Source: a bacterium
Lineage (GTDB): Bacteria; Fidelibacterota; Fidelibacteria; Fidelibacterales; Fidelibacteraceae
Reading direction: 5' to 3'
DNA: 64,000 nt
NCBI GenBank assembly: GCA_963676395.1
Contig: OY781066.1
Location: 544,001-608,000, forward strand
This document shows positions 40,118-50,683 of this stretch, one piece after another. The position numbers were made by a program, and so were the translations under genes. A model generated the notes under the pieces. It searched no databases. It saw only the letters and a program-made list of their open reading frames with translations, and was not told the origin of the DNA. How positions within the stretch are numbered: the first letter of the stretch is position 1; each line of letters begins with the position of its first letter.

Positions 40118-41530
40118 ATGAAAAAGATCATTGTGCTATTCTTATTATCATGTATGGTTTTTGCTGTTGCCAGTGAAGAATTAAGTTGGACAATAAGTGA
40201 ATTTAAATATCCGGGAAGAGTGTTTGAAAATGAAGTTGGTCATTTTTATGCCGAAAGAGGTTTAGACACAAAACTGGGAAAGCTATGGCCCGGAAGCAAA
40301 GTAACACCCATTCAACAAAGTCATGGTGCCTATCAAGTTAAATTCAATAACGGTCAAACTGGTTGGGTATCATTCCTGAATATAAAAGAAGCTCTGGATG
40401 TTGAGATCACAAAAGAATGTAATCTTTATTCCATCGATTTCCTCAGCGGTACAACCCAAATGGATAAAATTATTACGATCCTACCCAAAGGTGAAATTGT
40501 AACACTGTATGCTGTCGGAAATGATGGTGAGTATCAGGTTAAGACCCAAAAAGGCAAACGTGGTTCTGTCATGCAAAACTATGCTGATCCGGTTACCGAA
40601 AAAATGGTAAAAGAATATAATCGAGAAGATGAACATAAGTTCTTTTTTAAAGAAAATTTGGATGAACTGACCATAAATAAAAACAGTCAAGAATTAGAAA
40701 GTGTTTTAGGTTCTCCTTGTGCTATCGTAAACAAAATAAATAAATCAATCTGGTATTATACCAATGTCGAGGTGCTTGCAAATGATCTACGCTATGACGG
40801 TATCATTTACAATATTCAAAATGATCTTGCTATATCCAATGAATTACAAGGTGAAGGTTACACAGAATTCATTGACAAACTGCCCTTTTATCATAGCATA
40901 AAAAAGAATAACAAATTAAACATCATGAACAAAACCTCAAAATTTACATTATTTGAAAACGTTCGTGAACGACACTGGATCTTGCGAATTCTTATTAGAT
41001 TATTACAAATTATTATTATTGTTGTATTCTTTTCTATTGCAAGAATTCTAGCATTCCAAGTCATGAAACTTTTTGCACTCTTACGCTTTTTACCTAACGG
41101 TATTGTTTTGTTATTATCTTGGACTACCAATCTTATATTTAACTATATATACTTCATCTACTTGATTGCTCATGTTATTACCGAAGACTATATTTTTACC
41201 GCCGTCGTCATGTTGATCATGCTGGTTTTCGGTCACCGCAAGATCAGTAACCGGATCAGATATCACCGTTGCCCCGCCTGTCATTTAATGTGGACAGCCG
41301 TAGATGAAGGTTCTGCTGTTGTGGGTAAAAAACATATAACAGAGAACAAATCAAGAACGCAATTAACAAATCAATATACCAACGGCAGTGGTCAACAGGT
41401 TAATGTTTACACCAAATTCAAATGGCAAGAACATATGACTGAAAAACAGATAAAGGACTATCGTTTCTGTGCAAACTGCGGTTACCGATGGAACGTAGAA
41501 AGAACCGAAACGGTTAACGGGCACGTTTAA
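40118..41530 (+). CDS. Hypothetical membrane protein: 2 SH3-like domains, TM helices, C-terminal zinc ribbon
   Basis: Signal peptide; two LxxGxxV...YQVK...GxxGxV repeats; hydrophobic segment; CPACH and CANCG. Confidence 0.65.
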   Translation: MKKIIVLFLLSCMVFAVASEELSWTISEFKYPGRVFENEVGHFYAERGLDTKLGKLWPGSKVTPIQQSHGAYQVKFNNGQTGWVSFLNIKEALDVEITKECNLYSIDFLSGTTQMDKIITILPKGEIVTLYAVGNDGEYQVKTQKGKRGSVMQNYADPVTEKMVKEYNREDEHKFFFKENLDELTINKNSQELESVLGSPCAIVNKINKSIWYYTNVEVLANDLRYDGIIYNIQNDLAISNELQGEGYTEFIDKLPFYHSIKKNNKLNIMNKTSKFTLFENVRERHWILRILIRLLQIIIIVVFFSIARILAFQVMKLFALLRFLPNGIVLLLSWTTNLIFNYIYFIYLIAHVITEDYIFTAVVMLIMLVFGHRKISNRIRYHRCPACHLMWTAVDEGSAVVGKKHITENKSRTQLTNQYTNGSGQQVNVYTKFKWQEHMTEKQIKDYRFCANCGYRWNVERTETVNGHV

Positions 41531-41634
41531 TTGATAATTAAAGTGTTTAAATGAGTTATACAAGCAACAATATAATTGTGTAGAGGCCTAAAATCTTACG
41601 TCTTTACATTTACAAACTAAAATTTCGGGGTTAT

Positions 41635-42306
41635 ATGAAAACTTCAACAATAAAATTATTACTTCTAAGCATCTTCCTCCTTTCCTCATGCGCATCTCTC
41701 CAGAATTCTATCGAACCTCTCAATGATTATCCCCACTGGCATAAGCGTATGGAAAAATTTACGGCAGAAGCGGATAGCATTAAAAATGGGGCAGTTATTT
41801 TTTTAGGAAACTCTATCACTGAAGGTTTTAATCTGGATAAATACTTTCCCGATATAAATACTGTTAATCGTGGTATCATTTCAGATCATATCGATGGTGC
41901 GATAAAACGTTTACCCCTATGTTTGGGGGATGCAGACGATATTCGCTTATTCATTCTGCTTGGCATCAATGATATCGGTGCAAAACGCAGTGAAAAAACC
42001 ATTAAATATCTTTATCGAGAATTACTAAAAGAAATAAGCGATAACTATGATTATGATGTTTATCTGCATTCTATTCTTCCCACCTCCCCTCGCTGGAAAA
42101 ATTGCCCTCCACAAACCATTCGTAATATCAATGCCTACATTAAAAAACTCGCAAAAAAATATAATATGACCTACATTGATATCTATCCCCTCTTTCTTCA
42201 AGAAGGCGGTGATTACGCAAAAGATGAACTTTTTAGAGATGGGCTACATCCCAATGAAAAAGGTTATGAGATCTGGGTGCAAGTATTGAGAAAATATATC
42301 AAGTAA
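41635..42306 (+). CDS. SGNH/GDSL hydrolase lipoprotein
   Basis: Lipobox LSSC; FLGNSIT, NRGI, GIND and DGLHPN blocks. Confidence 0.9.
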   Translation: MKTSTIKLLLLSIFLLSSCASLQNSIEPLNDYPHWHKRMEKFTAEADSIKNGAVIFLGNSITEGFNLDKYFPDINTVNRGIISDHIDGAIKRLPLCLGDADDIRLFILLGINDIGAKRSEKTIKYLYRELLKEISDNYDYDVYLHSILPTSPRWKNCPPQTIRNINAYIKKLAKKYNMTYIDIYPLFLQEGGDYAKDELFRDGLHPNEKGYEIWVQVLRKYIK

Positions 42307-42365
42307 CGTTATTTATTGATCCAACACTAACAATTTAATTTGAATCAAATATTTTAAAGCAAAAC

Positions 42366-42393
42366 AAAAACGGGTGAACCGTAAGTTCACCCG
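42366..42393 (-). terminator. Intrinsic terminator between convergent genes
   Basis: AAAAACGGGTGAAC-CGTAA-GTTCACCCG; T tail on the minus strand. Confidence 0.8.
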
Positions 42394-42426
42394 CATATAA
42401 TTTTATTCTAAATCTTCAACTCTATT

Positions 42427-43392
42427 TTATCGTTTCATCAATGTATTCGTATTTGATGTCTTATTCACTTTGATCTTCTTAACCTTTTCAACACGAGCTA
42501 GACCGGGTTTGGAATCAAATGATTTATTAAGTTGATTCTTTTTTGTCATTTGTATATTGCCGATTTCTGATTTAGCAAACTTCCCAACAGCCTGTGTAAA
42601 TATTGTGGGAAATTCATATATATGAGTAATATCTGAAGCACAACCATCAACATCGTAGTATTCATAAACATATAATAGTGAATCCGGATGTGGGTCTGCT
42701 GCTAATACTTTTACATCCCACATCACATCCCCTTCGGCTTTCCAAATATAGCCCTCCATGGGGTTGATGAGATCATCACCTAAATCATCTTCTCCCCAGG
42801 AGGGATCTGTTGATTTGCTTAAGTATACTCTGTCAATTCTATAGGTAGGGTGTAGATTGTTTAGCTGAATTTCACAAGCATTGGGCACTAATTCAAAGCG
42901 ATACTGTGTGCCGGGAAACCATGACATTGTTTCTTCTGTTAAAAACATATAGCGGCCACCGTATTCGGTTTCGACCGAGCCATCAACCATAAAACTGGCT
43001 AAGAGACTATCATTACCTCCAAAATAAAGAGCATCGTTATTTTCGATCATACACATTGCAGAATCAACAGAACCATTTTTAATGGTAATATTTGACAAGG
43101 TTGAGTTAATAGTATGAACAACAGTTTCACCATCGGTTACAGTTGCGGTTTGAGAATAGTCACCGATCCAGTCTCCGGTAGCTTCTACCGGAACAGTTCT
43201 AGCTGAACCTTTAACAGTAGCAACCGAATATGTGGCGGTTGTATCACCACTATTCAAAACAACATCAGCTTCATCATTAACGCTGACCATGATCTGTGAT
43301 GGTGTTAAATTGGCTACTTTTACATAACCTTCTCCACTACAGCTAAACAATAAAAACAGTACCAAGATCAGAGGGAATATTGTTCTTTTCAT
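42427..43392 (-). CDS. Hypothetical beta-rich lipoprotein
   Basis: Lipobox LFSC; start overlaps the queF stop; no family recognised. Confidence 0.7.
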   Translation of the reverse strand: MKRTIFPLILVLFLLFSCSGEGYVKVANLTPSQIMVSVNDEADVVLNSGDTTATYSVATVKGSARTVPVEATGDWIGDYSQTATVTDGETVVHTINSTLSNITIKNGSVDSAMCMIENNDALYFGGNDSLLASFMVDGSVETEYGGRYMFLTEETMSWFPGTQYRFELVPNACEIQLNNLHPTYRIDRVYLSKSTDPSWGEDDLGDDLINPMEGYIWKAEGDVMWDVKVLAADPHPDSLLYVYEYYDVDGCASDITHIYEFPTIFTQAVGKFAKSEIGNIQMTKKNQLNKSFDSKPGLARVEKVKKIKVNKTSNTNTLMKR

Positions 43393-43784
43393 TTTTCTTC
43401 CTTTATTTTTCCAATTTCACAAACAGTTTCAATCCCACCACGAACATTATAGAGAGTTCTAATATATAATTCTTTAGGGTCTAACAATGCTTTCAGGTCT
43501 CTATACAATCTACTTGTCATATCTTCCTGATATATCCCAACATTACGATATGACAAATAATAATATTTTAATGATTTCAATTCAACGATCTTGCCATTGG
43601 GCACATACGATACATCAACCACGGCAATATCAGGTAATCCACTAAATGGGCATACGGCAGAAAATTCAGGGTAATTCATGTGAACAACTTGATCTTCACC
43701 TTCGTATGGTAGAGTTTCTAAAAGATCAGCTCTAATATGTGAATGATCTTCGAATGCTAGTGTTAATCCTTCCGCTTTGGGCAT
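43389..43784 (-). CDS. queF: NADPH-dependent preQ0 reductase (short, type I)
   Basis: EFSAVCPFSGLPD; VELKSLKYY; NVRGGI. Confidence 0.93.
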   Translation of the reverse strand: MPKAEGLTLAFEDHSHIRADLLETLPYEGEDQVVHMNYPEFSAVCPFSGLPDIAVVDVSYVPNGKIVELKSLKYYYLSYRNVGIYQEDMTSRLYRDLKALLDPKELYIRTLYNVRGGIETVCEIGKIKEEK

Positions 43785-43842
43785 ATTTTTCCTTCTTTTT
43801 ACAAAAATATCAATTGAGGTGCATAATTCAAATGAAATATTT

Positions 43843-44793
43843 CTATTTATCGAACTTCTTAATAATCAGCGTTTTTGCTTCTTCTACGATATACTCGAGT
43901 TTTGGTTCCGTATCAAAGTTTATCCATTCATCGGGTGCATACTTTCTAAACCAGGTCATTTGCCGCTTCGCGAAACGTCGTGTGTTTTGTTGTATCGCGG
44001 CTACCGCCGAAGTAAGATCCTTATCCCCATTCAAATATTCAAATATCTCTTTATAGCCTACCGTATTCAGAGCATTTAGTTCCTGAGTATATCCTTTTCC
44101 AAGAAGTCCTTTGACCTCTTCGACCAAACCCTTTTCCACCATAGACTCTACTCGCTTATTAATCCGCTCATACAGCAATGATCTTTCCGGAGCAATACCA
44201 ATAAGCATATGAGGCCAAGGGAAAGCTTCTTCTTTCTCTTGATAAATCTCAGATGGCTTCCTTCCACTGATATGCCATATCTCCAAAGCACGACAAACAC
44301 GCTTGGGATTCATGGAATCAATAACCGCCGCATGCTGAGGATCTATTTGTTTTAACTCCTCGACTAATGTCGGCCATCCTTCATATTTGGCTCGTTTTTG
44401 AATTTGTGCTCTAAGCAATTCATCAGTATAGAGACTATCAGATATCATACCACGCACAGCTTGTACATATAAACCCGAACCACCACAAACGATAATACTC
44501 TTACCTTCATTCATTTTTCCGGCAATGATCTTTCTTGCCTCTAATCCAAACTCGCCGGCCGAAAAACTTTCATCGGGATATTTAGTGTTTATAAAATGAT
44601 GCTTTACGCGCGCGAGTTCCATTTCGGTAGGCGTAGCCGTACCGATATCCATATACCTAAAAACCTGACGGCTATCCGCCGAAATAATATCAGCATCAAG
44701 CCACTCAGCCATTTCGAGAGATAAAGAGGTTTTACCGCTCGCTGTCGGACCGACTATAAACAGACAAATATTTTGTTTCGGTTTATTTTTCAT
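43843..44793 (-). CDS. miaA: tRNA dimethylallyltransferase
   Basis: GPTASGKT, SADSRQVFRYMDIGT, GGSGLY, VGYKE and RRFAKRQMTWFR motifs. ATG 44793 preferred over the track's TTG 44814. Confidence 0.96.
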   Translation of the reverse strand: MKNKPKQNICLFIVGPTASGKTSLSLEMAEWLDADIISADSRQVFRYMDIGTATPTEMELARVKHHFINTKYPDESFSAGEFGLEARKIIAGKMNEGKSIIVCGGSGLYVQAVRGMISDSLYTDELLRAQIQKRAKYEGWPTLVEELKQIDPQHAAVIDSMNPKRVCRALEIWHISGRKPSEIYQEKEEAFPWPHMLIGIAPERSLLYERINKRVESMVEKGLVEEVKGLLGKGYTQELNALNTVGYKEIFEYLNGDKDLTSAVAAIQQNTRRFAKRQMTWFRKYAPDEWINFDTEPKLEYIVEEAKTLIIKKFDK

Positions 44794-45628
44794 AAAATAA
44801 CAATGAGAAATCAAAACATGAAACGGAATGCGTTAATGCACCGACCGAGATCACATCAACACCGGTTTGTGCGATTGCTTCAACAGTCTTTATGTTAACA
44901 TTTCCGGAAGCTTCCAGTAAAACGTCTCCATGCGGATGGGCGACAGCTTCTCGCAACTCTTCATTGCTAAAATGGTCAAGCATGATCATTTTAATCGGAT
45001 ATGTCGCTGCTCGTTTATATTCATCCATATCGGTGACTTCTATTTCAATATCCAAATGACGATCATTGGCATAATCCATCGCAGAATCTAAGGCTTTTTC
45101 CAAACCACCTGCCCAACGAATATGATTCTCTTTGATCAGTATCATGTCATACAAAGCATAACGATGATTTTCGGCACCGCCGCAAGTAACTGCGTATTTA
45201 TCCAATATGCGCAAATTCGGCAAGGTCTTACGTGTATCATATATCTTACAATTGGTTCCTGTGGTCTTTTTTACAAACTCTGCCGATAAAGTTGCAATCC
45301 CGGACATCCGCCCGATAATATTCAAAGCCGTGCGTTCAGCAGTTAAGATACTTCTACCCTGCCCCCTGATATTCAGTAAACTTTGACCTTTTGTAATTAC
45401 GTCTCCGTCTTTGCAATATTTTTCTATTTTTAACGAATTGTCATATAATTCAAACACTCTGGCCGCAACATCAATGCCTGCCAAAATACCATCTTGCTTT
45501 GCGACGATCTCCGCCTCTGCAATTAAATCGACCTGCATAGCCAATGATGTTACATCACCACTACCTACATCTTCTTTTAAAGCGTTTATAATAATATTAT
45601 CTACGATTTCCCAATTGAGTGATTTCAT
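44783..45628 (-). CDS. nadC: Nicotinate-nucleotide diphosphorylase (QPRTase)
   Basis: EDVGSGDVT, ERTALN, DTRKTLP, NHR, LIKENH, EASGNV and GALTHS motifs. Confidence 0.96.
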   Translation of the reverse strand: MKSLNWEIVDNIIINALKEDVGSGDVTSLAMQVDLIAEAEIVAKQDGILAGIDVAARVFELYDNSLKIEKYCKDGDVITKGQSLLNIRGQGRSILTAERTALNIIGRMSGIATLSAEFVKKTTGTNCKIYDTRKTLPNLRILDKYAVTCGGAENHRYALYDMILIKENHIRWAGGLEKALDSAMDYANDRHLDIEIEVTDMDEYKRAATYPIKMIMLDHFSNEELREAVAHPHGDVLLEASGNVNIKTVEAIAQTGVDVISVGALTHSVSCFDFSLLFYEK

Positions 45629-45637
45629 AAGATAACC

Positions 45638-46831
45638 TTATTTTTTAATGATCAATTGATCGTGAAGCTCACCACTAGCGGTATAACTCTTATAGATCAG
45701 TCGCTTCTTTTTAAATTCCAGTGTTTGGAAATATTGCACGCCTTCTTTGCCTTTCTTGGCATAAAGATGATCAAACTTTGATTTGAATGGATACATTTTT
45801 GCTCCTGCAACAGAAATAACATAATTCACACCTTGAGAAGGTTTTTTAACGATCTTACCTTCTTTAAGCGGAAAGGTTCGTGTATAAGAATGATCATGTC
45901 CCTGAAGTACCATATTTACACCATATTTTTCAAATAGTGGAATAAATAATTCACGCATTCTGGGATAATCTCGCTCCCAGCCACAAGGATAAAAGCCCTG
46001 ATGTATTCCAACGATCGTCCATGTATTCTCATTATCCTTCAATATATCTTCCAGCCAACGTGCTTGATCTTCCCATCTTTCATTTCCATTTAATACTACA
46101 TAACGAACGCCGCGATAGTCAAGATAATAACATGTTTCTTCAAGTCCTTCAGGACCATTTTCAGGGTGATTGAAATGAGGGCAAATTGTTTCGGGAAGTT
46201 CACTGCGATGATCCCGGTAGGCCCATAAGTATTCGTGATTACCAACAGCCATAATATGAGGATATGTTGCAAATATCGTTTTACCACCTTTAAAATATGC
46301 ATCCCATTGCCAATTCTCATACGGATAGTCAACCATGTCGCCTGCAACATACCAAAATGCGGCATCCGGAGCAGTTTTGAGGGCTTTATCGTACAATCTG
46401 GGTAAATAGGTCTCATAACCCCATTGGGGGTCTCCAAGATAGACTATGGAGTAATTTAACGCCTCATCTTTTGCCGTTTTGAAAACATACCAAGGTGATT
46501 CGTCCCGGTGATCTCCCACACGATATGCATATTCCGTTCCAGGCTTAAGATCTTTCAATATCACTGAGCAAACATAATGTGCTACACTTTTAGTGGTGTC
46601 AGTATAAACGACGTCAGGTTCAAGTACAAGAGTTTTAGCACGAGTATGCATCTTTATATCATCTGCATTTTCAATATATTCTACATAAGCACTTTCAACC
46701 TTTTCATAAAAGCGAAAAGTTATCGCCATAGAGGTTTCGGGTTCTTCCGTAAGGTTAATGATGATCCGTTGCGGTTCTACAGCAATCAGCATGGTGATCA
46801 ATGTCAAGATCAGTAATATCATTTTTTTCAT
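45638..46831 (-). CDS. Secreted metallophosphoesterase (purple acid phosphatase-like, FN3-like N-domain)
   Basis: Signal peptide; LKPGTEYAYRVG; GDPQ, GDMV, GNHE and GHDHSY metal motifs. Confidence 0.9.
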   Translation of the reverse strand: MKKMILLILTLITMLIAVEPQRIIINLTEEPETSMAITFRFYEKVESAYVEYIENADDIKMHTRAKTLVLEPDVVYTDTTKSVAHYVCSVILKDLKPGTEYAYRVGDHRDESPWYVFKTAKDEALNYSIVYLGDPQWGYETYLPRLYDKALKTAPDAAFWYVAGDMVDYPYENWQWDAYFKGGKTIFATYPHIMAVGNHEYLWAYRDHRSELPETICPHFNHPENGPEGLEETCYYLDYRGVRYVVLNGNERWEDQARWLEDILKDNENTWTIVGIHQGFYPCGWERDYPRMRELFIPLFEKYGVNMVLQGHDHSYTRTFPLKEGKIVKKPSQGVNYVISVAGAKMYPFKSKFDHLYAKKGKEGVQYFQTLEFKKKRLIYKSYTASGELHDQLIIKK

Positions 46832-47029
46832 AGTGCTTCTTCCTTAAATTTTATTGCATCATTTAATTTACAACAAATGTATGAAATTAAAAATCAAGAA
46901 TCAAAAGTTGCAAAAAAAATAATCTAAATATAGCTATCTCTCAGGATTGCAGTCCTTAAATATCAAGAAAATCCGATTTTTAATTATTTGTTATACTCAA
47001 TAGCCTGGGTTTAAGCCGAAAAAAAACAA

Positions 47030-48041
47030 ATTAAGTTTAAGGATAAAAATCCGAGTAAATAAAAGAGAACCGGGCTCTCGAATTTAATTGAGATATCCCG
47101 GCTCTTTCTGAATTTATTAATGTGTATTACTTAATTAATAGCATTTTTTTGGTATCAACCCAATTCCCTGCTTGCAGGCGATAAAAATAGACACCACCGG
47201 CCAAGTCAGAAGCATCAAAATGAACACTATAATTACCCGCAGCACGAACACCATTAAGCAATGTTGCTACTTTCTTGCCGTTCAAACTATAGATCGACAG
47301 CTCAACATGTGCATCCGATGACAACTGAAAATCAATACATGTACTTGGGTTAAAGGGATTCGGATAATTTTGCAGCAATTTAAAGTTTTCGGGAATGACA
47401 TTCGCATCATGATCTTCAATGGCGGTCCATGTCGGATAGATGACCCTGACTCTATCAATATACATTGATCCTGATGTTGCTTTATCATCAATTCGTAATC
47501 TTAATCCTTTAAATTTCAAAGGATACAATTGCTCACCATCAGCCGGCAGCATTTTGCTAAAATCAAGATACTGTGTCCTGTATTCATTTTTGTATTTTAA
47601 TGATGAGGCACATTTTACACTGTACTCTACACCTCTGTTATCTTCCATGAGTGCATAGATCCAGTTTTTATTGCTATCGCTTTCAACATCAATCAAAATA
47701 TCCGAAGGAACACCATACAGATCAATCGCATTTGTTTCCAGATAAATATTCCCATCTTCGTCACCTGTACGAGTATAGTCAACTTGTATAGCCTTTGTAC
47801 CGGTGCCGGTTGATCTATCGCATAAAGATATGGATGTATTAGCCTCATCAATGTATGCATCCGTTCTCATATTCCATGCTGAAATACTTTCTATCTCATC
47901 TACCACGATCTCGCCTTCACCGATCTGTACACGCACCCGAACTGTATCGATTTCGTCGCCGTAGGCGATGACAACATCAGTTTCACCGCCTTGCTTGCCA
48001 ATAATTACACCTTCCGAATCTATTTCCGCAATTGTGGGATC
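47030..48041. repeat. Direct repeat copy 1 (~1012 bp; pairs with 49672-50683)
   Basis: Constant offset of 2642 bp; by eye only 3 mismatches (47943, 47950, 47955); identical off-frame ORFs in both copies. Confidence 0.93.
47060..47108 (-). terminator. Intrinsic terminator (duplicated at 49702-49750)
   Basis: Minus strand AGAGCCGGGATATCTC...GAGAGCCCGGTTCTCTTTTATTT. Confidence 0.7.
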
Positions 48042-49595
48042 TAGTATGGTAAATTCAAATAATTCATTACTGAAAACTCGTGTACCTCCACCTTCGGTAG
48101 TGGCACTTACCTGATATTCAACACTGTTAACCGTATCCAATGTTAGTGTATCCGGGTATACACTTAAATTTTTCAACTCAATAATGTGTATTTTTACCGA
48201 ATCTGACTCGCCATCAAATAATGTTTTTATGTACGTATCGCCATCATTCTCAAAGGCTGTAAACACGTTAGCGTCGAAATTTCCTAAACTTTGATCATAA
48301 TCAACAGTAATTTGACTCCAATCTAAAATTTCGATAGGATTATAATATTCATCCCAACCACTAAACCCGGTTTCAACACTTTTATTTTTATATACGGCAA
48401 CACTATCTACACCTTTTTGTAAATGAACAAAGCTTCCACCACTTGGCGCAGATGAGACACAAACCAACGCATTGGCAACACTTCGCTCACCACCATCAGA
48501 AGGTGAATTTTTCACATTGTTCCTCACAACAATAGCAGAGGATCCACCACCATCAAGATTCATTGCGTGTTCAGCACCAATGAACTTAAAGAAATCACAC
48601 ATTTCATGGCATGTCATACCGATACTCAAATCTGCCTGACGACCATCTACCACCATAAAATATACTTTTGTAGAATCGGCTGAATATCCAACACCCGTCC
48701 TTGGATGTCTTACGGCATAAAATGATGAACTGATTCCTTCGTTATTACTGGCTGTAATATCTATACCATTCTTTAAAATCCATGGACCACCACCAACTAG
48801 CTCTTTAATTCTCTTTGCTGCATTTGCCAAGCTCTGTACCACCTTAACGGTATCACCCACAGCACAATTTTCCATTAAAAATGTTTTTGATGTTCCATGC
48901 CCCGAAAGAACAAATTTTCCATCCGGAATTGGCATATTTCCAACACCATTCTCAACTGCTTCGATTACAGCAAGAACCGTATCATTTACAACCCAATCAG
49001 TAATTGCCGAGGCTAAACATTCATAACCATGGGGATTGGTTTGTGTTGTTGATCCATAATAACCATTATAAATCACAAGATAATTTTCATAGCGAATGTC
49101 ATTTATAACATTAATACCATTTGAAACCATCGCACCTAGAGAATCTTCACAAATCAGTGTGCCGGAAACCTGAGGAATAACAATTCCGGGAATGCCATCT
49201 TCACTGTAGGTAAAAGCCGAACGATGATAGGTATATCCACGAACAAATTGACCATCAAGGACCTGATTGTTGATCGGTTGTCCCGAGCCATTGAAAAAAT
49301 CACCATTTATGGCACATACAGAACGATGTCCGACTTTATCCGATCGACTACTCATACTGGATGTTCGTTCTGTACCGGAGAATCTATCCTGCGCCAAAAC
49401 GGATTCGATTGTAATATATGGATTTGTAAGATCGATCTCTGTAACATGAATTGCCCATGTATGAGATACACCTTCGTAATAACTATAAACTGTACCTGGA
49501 CCACATTGATAGCTTAATACTTTATTATATTCATCCGCAAAAGCAAAAGAACCAACAAGTATTAACATTAACAGAACAACTAGCTTTTTTTTCAT
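47127..49595 (-). CDS. Secreted phosphodiester glycosidase (NAGPA family) with Ig-like and CBM-like domains and a T9SS type-A CTD
   Basis: AINGDFF, RHPRTGVG, VVDGRQ, MNLDGGGSS and ERSVANAL motifs; C-terminal LQNYPNPFNPST...GVYFYRL...KKMLLIK. Confidence 0.9.
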   Translation of the reverse strand: MKKKLVVLLMLILVGSFAFADEYNKVLSYQCGPGTVYSYYEGVSHTWAIHVTEIDLTNPYITIESVLAQDRFSGTERTSSMSSRSDKVGHRSVCAINGDFFNGSGQPINNQVLDGQFVRGYTYHRSAFTYSEDGIPGIVIPQVSGTLICEDSLGAMVSNGINVINDIRYENYLVIYNGYYGSTTQTNPHGYECLASAITDWVVNDTVLAVIEAVENGVGNMPIPDGKFVLSGHGTSKTFLMENCAVGDTVKVVQSLANAAKRIKELVGGGPWILKNGIDITASNNEGISSSFYAVRHPRTGVGYSADSTKVYFMVVDGRQADLSIGMTCHEMCDFFKFIGAEHAMNLDGGGSSAIVVRNNVKNSPSDGGERSVANALVCVSSAPSGGSFVHLQKGVDSVAVYKNKSVETGFSGWDEYYNPIEILDWSQITVDYDQSLGNFDANVFTAFENDGDTYIKTLFDGESDSVKIHIIELKNLSVYPDTLTLDTVNSVEYQVSATTEGGGTRVFSNELFEFTILDPTIAEIDSEGVIIGKQGGETDVVIAYGDEIDTVRVRVQIGEGEIVVDEIESISAWNMRTDAYIDEANTSISLCDRSTGTGTKAIQVDYTRTGDEDGNIYLETNAIDLYGVPSDILIDVESDSNKNWIYALMEDNRGVEYSVKCASSLKYKNEYRTQYLDFSKMLPADGEQLYPLKFKGLRLRIDDKATSGSMYIDRVRVIYPTWTAIEDHDANVIPENFKLLQNYPNPFNPSTCIDFQLSSDAHVELSIYSLNGKKVATLLNGVRAAGNYSVHFDASDLAGGVYFYRLQAGNWVDTKKMLLIK

Positions 49596-49671
49596 CTTTA
49601 CCCTTTCAAAAATAATTATTTCAGTGCACCCAAATTTACAATTTTCAAAGAAGAATCAAATAACTTTTAAG

Positions 49672-50683
49672 ATTAAGTTTAAGGATAAAAATCCGAGTAA
49701 ATAAAAGAGAACCGGGCTCTCGAATTTAATTGAGATATCCCGGCTCTTTCTGAATTTATTAATGTGTATTACTTAATTAATAGCATTTTTTTGGTATCAA
49801 CCCAATTCCCTGCTTGCAGGCGATAAAAATAGACACCACCGGCCAAGTCAGAAGCATCAAAATGAACACTATAATTACCCGCAGCACGAACACCATTAAG
49901 CAATGTTGCTACTTTCTTGCCGTTCAAACTATAGATCGACAGCTCAACATGTGCATCCGATGACAACTGAAAATCAATACATGTACTTGGGTTAAAGGGA
50001 TTCGGATAATTTTGCAGCAATTTAAAGTTTTCGGGAATGACATTCGCATCATGATCTTCAATGGCGGTCCATGTCGGATAGATGACCCTGACTCTATCAA
50101 TATACATTGATCCTGATGTTGCTTTATCATCAATTCGTAATCTTAATCCTTTAAATTTCAAAGGATACAATTGCTCACCATCAGCCGGCAGCATTTTGCT
50201 AAAATCAAGATACTGTGTCCTGTATTCATTTTTGTATTTTAATGATGAGGCACATTTTACACTGTACTCTACACCTCTGTTATCTTCCATGAGTGCATAG
50301 ATCCAGTTTTTATTGCTATCGCTTTCAACATCAATCAAAATATCCGAAGGAACACCATACAGATCAATCGCATTTGTTTCCAGATAAATATTCCCATCTT
50401 CGTCACCTGTACGAGTATAGTCAACTTGTATAGCCTTTGTACCGGTGCCGGTTGATCTATCGCATAAAGATATGGATGTATTAGCCTCATCAATGTATGC
50501 ATCCGTTCTCATATTCCATGCTGAAATACTTTCTATCTCATCTACCACGATCTCGCCTTCACCGATCTGTACACGCACCCGAACAGTATCGGTTTCATCG
50601 CCGTAGGCGATGACAACATCAGTTTCACCGCCTTGCTTGCCAATAATTACACCTTCCGAATCTATTTCCGCAATTGTGGGATC
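49672..50683. repeat. Direct repeat copy 2 (~1012 bp; pairs with 47030-48041)
   Basis: As for copy 1. Confidence 0.93.
49702..49750 (-). terminator. Intrinsic terminator (copy of 47060-47108)
   Basis: Identical hairpin within the duplicated block. Confidence 0.7.

Noticed and set aside
43785..43842. preQ1 riboswitch upstream of queF
   Set aside because: No recognisable preQ1-I stem-loop with its A-rich tail; the gap is only 58 bp
47030..50683. IS element or DGR template/variable repeat
   Set aside because: The repeat encodes the protein C-terminus. There are no terminal inverted repeats, transposase or reverse transcriptase, and only 3 mismatches.
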